Source: Mobula hypostoma
Taxonomy: Eukaryota
Assembly (NCBI RefSeq): GCF_963921235.1
Contig: NC_086106.1
Span: 24,552,001 to 24,616,000, forward strand
Length of the DNA stretch: 64,000 nt
Direction of reading: 5' to 3'
The notes under the pieces were generated by a model, which worked only from the letters and a program-made list of their open reading frames with translations, made no database searches and was not told the origin of the DNA. Position numbers and translations under genes: made by a program. How positions within the stretch are numbered: the first letter of the stretch is position 1; every line of letters starts with the position of its first letter. Below are positions 54,071 to 64,000 of the stretch, piece by piece.

Positions 54071-56734
54071 AACCAGTAAAAGTTTTTTTTTTTCTCCAGA
54101 TAGATGTGGTAGCTCCATATGCTGATGCTACACTTGAAAGAATCAATCTATACGTTTCTGAGGAATTTCTTCTTGTTTGTCATGTAAATTTCCCAGTTGT
54201 GCTCACTCAGTAGTCAAACAAAAATATCGAAAATAATTTTGGTTTACAGTTGGCAGAGTACGTGTGTGAAGAAGGTGCAAATTTCAGACCTGAGCCGGTT
54301 AGTTCCGCACAGCTAGTTTCGAAAGCGTAAAATGGTTGTATACACTTTAAACGACTGGCACGTTTGTAAATACTTCTTACGATTGAAAAAAAAAGAGTCT
54401 CAGTTTACTGCTTGTTTCAAGAACTTATTTCGAGTGTGCCAGCTCTGTAGGAAGAGGGGATTATTCACTAACACGAATGTTTGTCAATACAAAGATAATG
54501 AGTCTGAAACGCCGACTCTTATGTAAAGAGACCTGGGAATACAAAACAACTGGAACCGACAGAAACTGTTTTCTGCTCATTTCTTAAAAATTACAGAGCT
54601 TCATGGCCTGTTCCGCTCAACAAGTGTAACTTCATAAGTACCGATTTATTTGTTTCAATTTACACAAGCTGAACGCACAACATAAATGGCAGGACCAAAT
54701 TACTAAACAAGTTCTCTAAAGGTTCATACTGTTTAAAAAGGTGGTGCAGAAACTGACCGTATCAAGCAAATGTTTACAGGTGTTCAAGCAAAGCTTGTAA
54801 TACATTGTTTAAACAGGTTGCTTGTTTATTCCACGTTTCAAAAAAAAAAATATATCAGTAATTGTCAACCGCAACAGAAGAAAATGCAGCACAACGCCAC
54901 CAGCGACTGAGTTATGTTTTGTTCCTTATTTGGGGATCATTTTCCTTGTAACAATTCACTTGAATATGTATTACAGCCAGAATATTCAGAATTAGCAGGG
55001 TATTCTGCTGTGTAACTGCAATGCGGTCGTGATTAACGCCATTTTGATTTTCTGGATAACTGTCTGCTCTAAAGTGTACGTGTAAACGTTGTGGTTTACA
55101 GCCTAAATATCACCTACGCAAAAGACTAAGGCATGAGCATCCAGCGGCCCGCTACGAAAGGTGTTGCAATAACAGATTTCCTTTGTTCAATAACACAATT
55201 TACGCCACCGGCATCAAATGGCAATGAACTGGTCGAATGCGTGGACGATCGTTAGCTAAGAAAGGTATGCTTTCGAAACCCAATGGCGACCAAGCCTGCA
55301 TCCCATTCTCTCGCAAAGGAATACTATAGTGGGGGAAATATCCCAATGCAGTGGGAAGCTACCGTGGTAGCGATTGCCAGGAAATCGGCTACAAAGGTCT
55401 AAATTAGATGGTGAGTGATTGATGAGGGAGGCTGCAACAGATTTGGGGAAGATTTCACTGGCCACGAGTTTCATAAGGAAGAGATCAAACAACTATAAAA
55501 TAGCCTACAGGTTAGCACAAAGATGTACTGTTCCTATGTCCCGTATTTAATTTGCACCACTGTTTCTAAAGCCATTGTACTTCCTTCTGTGGAACACGTG
55601 AAATTTATGTCGGTTGCACTGGTTTCCACCATCAGCCCAAAGTCTGGAAGGATTTGCGAGGCTGATTGGTTATTGCAAATTATAGCGTGATTACGCTAGC
55701 ATTAAATCCGAATGTTGCAGGACTGCTTACCTCGAGGTGCGGAAAGGGCTAATTCCTCACTGATATCAAGAAATAAATAAACAAACAAACAAAAACATAA
55801 GTAAATAAATAAGAATCGGCATACCCATTAAATCAATATGTTCGGTGCGAAGTCGGGATGAATTTGGATTTTTAAATAGTTTATCCAACGCTTATAGATG
55901 ACGGGTAAATTAAATTAGATGCCCTCCGCTCTTTGGATTTTTGCAGAACCGATGAAACCGTTTACAAGGCATGCCGCGACCTCGTTCAGAACTGCAGCTA
56001 TTGATTACCCACTTTCGTGTGAAAGATTAAACGGAAATTCACTGTAACAATAAATCAGTTCATGCACTCTTTATTTGCCACATTTGAATTCAATTCTGAC
56101 TGTGTGCACAGTGAAGTTACAGGAGGGAAAGTTTGTTCAGAAACAGAAATAAATTGCACCTTCGTGGCGAAATTTTGTGTTACCCTTGCGACCCTCTAAG
56201 TCACGAATTATCAATCGGTTTGCAGCAGGAAAAGTCTGAGTTTGCGATAGGCTTTAAATTTCAAATTTCCTTTTTGATTTAAAGTTCTGTATTTTTGTAC
56301 GTCTTGAATTTTGAGCACCGATTTCATAATATGAACAGAGAGATGCAATGTTAACATTGTCTTCTGAAAGATCAGTTTGAAAATTTTAGTAATAGACCAG
56401 TTAATACCAGATGTACGATATTATTCGGAAGGAGCGACATACTCCATAGGGTAAAAGTGTTTGCAAAGTAAAGCTCGCTTGATTGGAAGCGTGAGTAACT
56501 GTTCCTACATAGTCTCACCCTCCAACAATAATTCAGTCAATTTTAATTTGTTATCATTAGACGAAGTACCTACTGAACTGTTTTAAACGCCATTACTGAT
56601 TTATTTGTTTGTTTGCTTGTTATTTAACCTTTTCCTTTTATCTACAGAACGATCTGTCTGTTCGTCTGTGACAAATAATGTTGCCATTTATTATCTTTTA
56701 AATTCTATTTATTTAATTACCATTAGTTTATGGG

Positions 56735-56950
56735 GCCAAGTGGTTAAGGCGTTCGTCTAGTGATATGAATGAGGCTGGTCGAGCCTTGGCTGATGCAGCG
56801 TGTTGTGTTCTTGAGCAAGGCACTTATCCGGTGTGGAGATGGGAGACTTGCAGCAAGGGCAACTATCAGTCTTCCATATAACCTTGCCCAGGTCTGCGCC
56901 CTGGAAACCTACCAAGGCGCAAAAACGTAGTCTCAGGAGTCTAAAGGATG
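56735..56950 (+). mobile_element. tRNA-derived SINE; 3' part also at about 22340-22450
   Basis: A-box-like TGGTTAAGG and B-box-like GGTCGAGCC. Shares cttgcccagg.ctgcgccctgga with the 22.37 kb copy. Confidence 0.55.
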
Positions 56951-58168
56951 ACTATATATCGATATAGATATTTACTTATGCATGTTACTTATTCAGTTTG
57001 TGAGTTATTTATTAATTGATTATGTGATAATTATTTACTTATCTGTTATTTTTTTTTTCGAAAGTCTAGGTACCTTTGATTATAAAACCAGAAAACGCAG
57101 GCCACAATTTATAATTCATACAAACTCTCTTGTGGACGTCTGGAAAAAAAAAAAGTTCTACTTTGTAGATAGAAGCCCAATGATTGCCTTAACAGTTTAA
57201 TCAGAATTAACTTGAAGACATTTTTCCAGCTGATCGATACAGTTTGCAATTTAAAAAAAAACAACATAAAAAGTACAGAGGAAAAAAATGTAAATGTAAA
57301 TGAAATATTTCATTCTAAACCGAGGAAAAATAATCACTTCCGGATTGAGTTGAATTTGGTACGATTTTTTTATTTCATTTGTAACGCTGCTATTTACTGA
57401 TAGCAGTTTTTTTTTTCCCCACTTGAATTTGGTCATCGCTAAAAACAGATGAAGGAAGCCTGGCACTCTTTAACTTTATCCAAATATTAATCATGTTTTC
57501 CTGATTTTGTGAGTTCCTGGGATAGAATGCTTCGTCAAAACAGAAAATAAAATAGTCGCACGACACACAGATATTTCCTTCATAAGTTCTTTATTTTTTT
57601 TATTTTCGAGATCTGTCTGGGTATATTCCCTGCCTGAGAGGACATATGATATCCATATAGTAAAATTGGGACAACATCGTCCTCCGTTACAGGAGAAAAA
57701 ACAACAAATATTACTAAGAAAGTATTCTTTAAAGGCCTGCTCATATGAGATTAAGTTCGGTATATTACCTAATCTTTCGTTTATTCTGCAGGGCTCTTTA
57801 ACAATTGTTTTTTAATACTCGGGACTCCGTTACACTCTGGTCACTCATTCTGCATATTACACTGGTTCGTCATAGATTAGAACGGATTATCAGGTATATG
57901 AAGAATAGAATGAAGTCTTTTTCGCACTGCACAGATGCTGTCTTATCTTGTGGATGTTTGTTTCGCGTTCTCTTTCATTTGTGAAATTGATGACCCGGTA
58001 TTTTCCCTTTGCCACAGGTTTACATTAAAGTGTACAGCGTTACTAACTTTCTACGTGTTGTATTAAACGTGACCATGCAGTGTCCTGGTACGTGATCCTA
58101 TTTACTGATGTACAAACTCTTCCATATTACAGCAACAACTGAAATTGGCTCTTGCGTCTTGAATGAAG

Positions 58169-58207
58169 TGTCAGACGACCACTTTGTCAGTGGTCGTCTG
58201 ACAAAGT
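58169..58207. repeat. Overlapping perfect inverted repeats
   Basis: TGTCAGACGACCACT-ttgtc-AGTGGTCGTCTGACA (15-bp arms) and ACTTTGTCAG-tggtcgt-CTGACAAAGT (10-bp arms). Confidence 0.9.
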
Positions 58208-58995
58208 CCATGACAGTTTCTGAGCATTTAACAGTCTTAACAAATTTCACATAGGCAGCTGCAGAAGTAACGAAAGGATGTAGACATAAAACTGCTTCAT
58301 ACTATACCAAGTGTCGATGCATTAGACTGAGTTATTGAACAAATTACTCTTATTCCCACGATATAAATTGCGATATGTGTAATGTGAAACTAAAGTAACC
58401 TGCAACATCACATATTACAATAAGTATATCAACTAGTGGTAATTACTCTCAGATATATCATATCGTCACTTTATATGACCTAATTCCCTAATGTTACATA
58501 ATGTCTTTTATGTTAAAACCCAGTGGACTGGTTCCAATAACGTTCAGAGAGTGTTTTCCCAGTTTCCCTCTCCATATGCGTTTCCCACTGTTTGCAGTAG
58601 TTTGCAATGCATAAATGTACGCAGTTGTGAGAAGATTCATCCCTTTTCGCTCAGTTTCATCTCCGTGCGGAATTACTACGCGACGCCGATCAGATGCCTC
58701 AGAAGATAGGTGCGCAACAAACTCATTAAATTAGGCTGGTAAATTACCGATTACTCTCAACATTCTGGGAAAGAAGATAGTGTTTTATATTCTGACATAT
58801 ATATGTACGTAAATCCATCGATCCATACATCCATCAGCTTGATCATCGAGAGTTTTTAGACCCGGTTTACGAGAGAAAAGTGCTTCATCAAATGCGAGAG
58901 TTTTGATTGTCTCTAGTCAATGAAGGTAAATTGCTTATTCTCATTTCAGATAGCAATAATAAAAGACGCAATGGAGAACGATTAAATTATGGTTT

Positions 58996-59010
58996 AATGC
59001 CACCTGGTGG
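58996..59010 (-). promoter_or_regulatory. CTCF-consensus motif upstream of V3
   Basis: Minus strand CCACCAGGTGGCATT, 646 bp before the ATG. Confidence 0.6.
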
Positions 59011-59424
59011 AATATAGCTTATTTGTTCTTGCCGATGTTACGTGAAACTCAGTGCCTCCTTCACATCATAACAGCATATGAACCATCAATCACCAATTCC
59101 ATCCGCGAAATTAATTGTTCAGTTATTCAGAGGAAAGTTGCATTCATAGGCTGCAGGTGAACACGTCAAAATATCGTGCGCCGTGCTGCTTGCTCAGTTC
59201 TGCTTTTAAGATCCATTCTGTCGTCTACACCATCTGCCAGAAATCCACGTCATCGAACAGCAAAGATTGCTATTTCATCCTTTGCTGCACCCAGGCTTCG
59301 GTACCGTTCGATCTGCTCTTCTCGCACCCTCTGCCTCGACGAGGAATCGTAATTTGTTGACAGTCTTCCCAACAAGAATTGCTGGCTGCCCCGCATTCTT
59401 CGCCTTTGAGCGGCGCTGCACTGC

Positions 59425-59432
59425 TGACGTCA
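59425..59432 (+). promoter_or_regulatory. Perfect CRE palindrome TGACGTCA in the V3 promoter
   Basis: Seen directly. The homologous positions in V1, V2 and V4 read differently (TAATGTTA, TAATGTCA, TAATGACA). Confidence 0.4.
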
Positions 59433-59655
59433 GCTCACAAGGGATTTGATTTGTTTGTTCTGCACTTCTGCAATCGCCCCGCACAATTTCATTTCCTGCA
59501 TTGCGTCTGAACGCCTCTTTTTATTGTGTTATAGAGACTCAACACCGTGCGTTGCCTGTTGTGATTGGTCGCTTTGGACAAGGTATGTGTTTTTATTCTC
59601 TGGCAACGAGTCTCCACTCTGTGGTCACAAGAGTACAGACTCAAACCGAGTGAAT

Positions 59656-60130
59656 ATGAAGAACTGTCTCACTCTTCTCCTCATTATTGAGTTTCTTCTG
59701 GGTAAGATGTTCCTTCACTGTAATATTCCACAGATGCCTAATTCCCTGTAAACACATTCTATTTTCTATTTATGTAACCGTATTGTTCAAAGTAGAGCTT
59801 ATGATGTGTGTATTATTTTACTGTTAGACTGGAGCCTTCAAGACTCAGTGGAACAGTCAGTGGATGCAATGACGATCGATGAAGAAAGTAATGTTACACT
59901 AAACTGCACTTTACAAACAAGTATTACAACCCCGAATGGTTTCTGGTACAGGCAGCGCCCGGCACAGCGACCACAGTACTTGTTTCGGATCATCGCAGGG
60001 ACAGTCGAACGAAATGCAGATATAACCGACCGATTATCTGCTTCCTATAATAAGAGTAAAAAATATACCAAACTCATGATTAAGAACGCCACAATCTCTG
60101 ACTCGGCCACGTACCTCTGCGCGGTGAGCA
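59656..60130 (+). CDS. TRAV/TRDV: TCR alpha/delta-type V gene segment V3, apparently functional. Leader 59656-59701, intron 59702-59827, V exon 59828-60130.
   Basis: Leader MKNCLTLLLIIEFLL G|gtaag. Acceptor gttag. V exon DWSLQDSVEQ...TLNC...FWYRQ...DSATYLCAVS is open. Confidence 0.93.
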
Positions 60131-60169
60131 CACAGTGTTGTAAAAACTCAGCTGTCTCGAACAAAAACC
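60131..60169 (+). other. 23-RSS of V3 (perfect consensus)
   Basis: CACAGTG (60131-60137), 23 nt, ACAAAAACC (60161-60169). Confidence 0.96.
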
Positions 60170-60962
60170 CACTTTCGCAATTTCCTCGAGATATCGCTAG
60201 AGGGCGAACAAACCAAGGGGAACACAAATTCCTCTTTAACCATGTGAGCAATTGCTTTCGCATAGTTATTGTTTCGGAAAGTTTCTGTCCAGTATGGCTG
60301 AAATGAGGAAAAAAAAAACATTCCAGATATTTCTGATACTACACATTGTATGATAATTCAAGATCGATTGCATTCTAGCCGATGATGAAGGGCACCCAGT
60401 ACAGTCCGAGGATCATACCTTGTATGCCACCGTTGCAAAATCACAGCATTCCTTTTTGATCTCTGCGGCTTGTGAGTCATTTATCAAAATCTGTGGAAAA
60501 CGTCCTGTTGGACGGTACCACATCATCTCCTGCTGAACGAACACAGGAAAAGAGAAGTCGATCTGGTTTTATTTATTTATTTCTGAGTCTGTACCTCAGA
60601 AAACAGGTGCGTGACTAATTCATGCAAATTAGGCAGGAATTACGCTGATTAATCTCAGCATTGTGCGAAAGGAGATATTGTGTTTTTTTTTCATCCTGAC
60701 ATATATATCGACGTATATCTATCGATTCTTAATGTACATCAGTTTGATGTTGAACAACTTGATCATTGGGAATTTTCAACCCAGGTTTATCAGAAAAAAA
60801 AAAGAGCACTTCATAAGCTGCGAGAGATTTGTCCGTTATCAGTTTGAGATACATTCCTCATTTTTAGTTCACATGACAATTATACAAGGAAGAAACGTTA
60901 GGAACACCAAACAGGCTTAGAAGCTTCTGCGAAAATCGAAGTAAGCGAATTACTTATGCTTT

Positions 60963-60977
60963 GCAGCCATCTGGTGG
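60963..60977 (-). promoter_or_regulatory. CTCF-consensus motif upstream of V4
   Basis: Minus strand CCACCAGATGGCTGC, 642 bp before ATG 61619. Confidence 0.55.
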
Positions 60978-61612
60978 AATATATCATCCTGATTTTTGGC
61001 GATGCTGCATGAATCTCAGGAACCACTTCACGTCTGAACAGCCTATAACTAAGCAATCACAACTTCCATCAGCCGAATTAATTGGTAAGTTATTCAGCGA
61101 AAATCCACTTGTACAGATTGCATATTGAATAGGTCAAAATACCGTGCGCCGTGCTGCTTGCTCATTTCTGCCATTCAGATCAACTCTGGAGTCGCTACCT
61201 TCTGCCAGGAATCCACGTCAGAGAAGAGTAAAGACTGTTGTTGCATCTTATGCTGCACTCACGCTTCGCTACCTGACCATTTATTCTGCTCGCACCTTGT
61301 GCCTCGATGAGCAAGCATAATTTATTGACAGTCTTATTCGAAAATTTTGACGTCTGACCGGCGTCACTTCACCTTTCAGTGGCGCTGCGCTATTAATGAC
61401 ATCTCACAAAATATTTGCTTCCTTTGTTCTGCTCTTCTGCGATCGCCTCAGCAAATTTTCATTTCCTGCATTGCGTATGAACGCCTTTTTTTCCTATTGT
61501 GTCTTTGGAGAGCGTTGCCTGTTGTGATTGGTCGGTTTGGCCAAGGTATGTATATTTATTGCCTGGACATGAGTCTCCACTCTGTGGTCACGGAATGACA
61601 GACTCAAACGGA

Positions 61613-62062
61613 ATGTTTATGAAGAACTGTCTGACGCCAGTTCTCAGTATTGTGTTTCTTCGAGGTAAGAAGTCCCTTCACTGTAATATTCCACACCTCT
61701 CTGTAACTCTCTGTAACCATGTTTTTTTTTGCAGTGTAAGGAACCATGTGGTTCGAAGTCGAGATTATGATCTATTGATTATTTTTCTGATAGACTGAAT
61801 AACAATAACGATCGATGACGAAAGTAATATTACTCTAAACTGTACTTTACAAACACGCAATGTACTCCCAAATGTGTTTTGGTACAGGCAGCGCACCAGA
61901 AAAAGACCACAGTATTTGATTCGGATTAACGCAGGGAAAGTATACCGCAATGAAAACGTAATTAAAAGATTATTTGCTTCCTACGATAATATATATATAC
62001 CGATCTATCGATTCACAACACCATAATCTCCGACTCGGCCACATACCTCTGCGAGAGGAGCC
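61613..62062 (+). pseudogene. TRAV/TRDV: TCR V pseudogene V4, closest paralog of V2
   Basis: Leader is intact (61613/61619-61664, G|gtaag). The V exon from 61794 reads GAC TGA (stop). Relative to V2, 35 nt of FR1 are replaced by AATAA, and a net 4-nt loss near 61990-62010 shifts the frame in FR3. Confidence 0.9.
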
Positions 62063-62101
62063 CACGTTGCTTACAAATCTGAATTATCTCGAACAAAAAC
62101 C
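62063..62101 (+). other. 23-RSS of pseudogene V4
   Basis: CACGTTG (62063-62069), 23 nt, ACAAAAACC (62093-62101). Confidence 0.88.
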
Positions 62102-64000
62102 CTCTTTCGCAGTTTCCTATAGAGCTGGATAAAGGGCTAATAAATCAAACGGGACGTAAATACTAAGTGAAGTACAGAGGCTTCGTCCAATATTTCTCTC
62201 CCCAGTGAAGTATTGACATGACAACTACAGTGGATGTGATTACTCTTGAATGGCTGCAACTTTGATCGAAACCCATTAATCTTGAATGATTCCTCTGTGT
62301 ACTTAATTTCTCTGGATATTCACAATTCGCATCTGAAGCTTCCACCATCATCATTACCGAATCATTAATCCTATTAAGGGTTATTTTAACAGAGAAAGTG
62401 ACTAAGTTTTGGCACAAAAATAGCACATGTAGCAAGTAACATTCTTCAAAACGCTGAAGGAGGTTTCATGTGGCTTTTGAATTCAGTGATTTAATCACAC
62501 TTTGGTGGATTGTTGTGCTCTATGTCGTTGACTTTAATTGATATACAAGAGGCTTACGTATTTTTAACGCCAGCGTCAGATTGTTTCCGACATAAGCAAA
62601 TGCTGGCTGTAATTGGATTCGCCGATTTTTTTTTTCAAAGTTACTTCTAGCGGTTATTCGAGATCACAATCTATTGTGTTTACCAGAAGTTTTTTTATAT
62701 CTTTCCAAGCAAATAAGATAAAGGTGGCAATATATTTGGATTGACCACAACAGCAGTATTTTTCCCTTTCAGGGTACTTCTGTAGACCCTCAACGCGAGC
62801 TACACGCTGACGACGGATCTTTGCGGAAATGGGACAGCTCTCGGGGTGTCACGACAAGCCGTTATTCGATATGTAGCTCGCCTTCGCAGTTTTGGGATTT
62901 CAATTCTCCAGAGGCGAGCAGCGACTAAGTTGGTGCCTCTGTGCCGTAGGAGATGAAAGAACTCTGGTTGTGTGCAAAGAAAATCAAGACCTTTGGGCAC
63001 AGAGCTCGGAGAATCTGCCGGAAAGAACGTTTAATATCGTAAATCAGCGAGTTGTTTGTTATGTCTCTCCTCTCGCTGGGCACAGCAGACAGCGCAGAGT
63101 GGGGATCGCTGCGCTGCTCCTTTTACGCGTGGGAGAACGGACCTGGGTGGGGATTTCGGGTTCTACCATTCAATGGATAATCATTCGTTGGGACACTCCT
63201 CTGTTTTCCTGTATTCTTGCGAAAAAAAAAATAATTTCCGGATGTATAATATATACATTTATCTGACATTAAATATACCTTTGAAACATTTGAAAAATAA
63301 TTCCTAGCAACATTAACGCCATGCGTCTTAATTGAGTTGAGCTTTTTAGTTGTATTCACAACGCTTATAGTAAGAGCCTGTAAGCAACTTAATATTCACG
63401 TTTTAGCCTGTAGTAAATCCGCCAAATGTACTGAATATTTTGAATGAAATCATAGCGCTTATTAACTCAAATCGCCTTAATGAATATGCACGATCATTGC
63501 TATTAATATCTCAGTTGAACGTAAAGTGTATTTTCACATTTTATGGCTAGTCATCTAATATATCCTAAAATCGCCGCTTCTGTATTCTATCCTTCAATTG
63601 ACAATTATACCCTATCATCACAAGACACTGCACTGGTCATTTCGATGAATTCGACTACACACCTTCGCCTCGCAGATTGCCCTGGTGTCTATACATTGAA
63701 TTTGCCTGTATATTGCGACATGAATAATAAGCACCTTCAATCCGAAATCAAGCACTTTTTGCTGGCAAACTCTATTTTTGTGCTTTGGGAAAACAAGCAG
63801 TAAGTAGTGTTGAGCTTATCACTCCAATCGAAGAAATAAAATTTAAGACGTAGCCTTTCCACATTGTTTTAACCAAATGCCGGACAATGTTTTTTTCATA
63901 TCCCATGTCTGCAGTGTTTGACTGACTGAACAAGCACCGTCATCCATCTGAAAGAGCCCTCTTCCTCCAGTGCAGTCATTACTAAAATGGGTTGTGTCAT

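Noticed and set aside
56735-56800. tRNA gene
   Set aside because: Only A/B-box remnants with no cloverleaf, followed by a SINE body also seen at 22.35 kb.
59579-59587. AAG|GTATGT splice donor upstream of the V3/V4 leaders, implying a 5' UTR exon
   Set aside because: Not conserved in V1 or V2, and it lies just downstream of the presumed promoter motif; no transcript evidence.
6903-60130. NAR-TCR, IgNAR or IgH-like (TAIL) V segments
   Set aside because: The V exons have their own leaders, only the two canonical cysteines, TRAV/TRDV-like DSVEQ...WYRQ...YLCA motifs and no tandem V-D-V arrangement.

Overview
Vertebrate genomic DNA containing part of a germline T-cell receptor alpha/delta-type variable (V) gene array. 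It is most likely a cartilaginous fish; the repeat content suggests a ray, but this is inference. Five V loci lie on the + strand. Three are intact: V1 at 6723-7205, V2 at 16361-16845 and V3 at 59656-60130, each with leader exon, GT-AG intron, V exon and 23-bp-spacer RSS. V4 (61613-62062) is a young pseudogene. V5 (about 39284-40038) is a highly decayed pseudogene that the ORF track does not show; it is split by a palindromic Penelope-type insertion with a 14-bp target-site duplication and two head-to-head hammerhead ribozyme cores. The V genes sit in mosaic tandemly duplicated modules. One module (about 22.6-33.4 kb) has the upstream flank but has lost its V. A CTCF-consensus motif lies about 645 bp upstream of V1, V3 and V4, always on the minus strand, and is missing at V2. 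The rest is decayed transposable elements: CR1-type LINEs, L1, Rex1/Babar-like LINEs, two Penelope-like families, Gypsy, solo LTRs, SINEs and a DNA transposase fragment. There are two assembly gaps. No D, J or C segments, RNA genes or CRISPR arrays were found. All coordinates and alignments were read by eye; TE boundaries are approximate.
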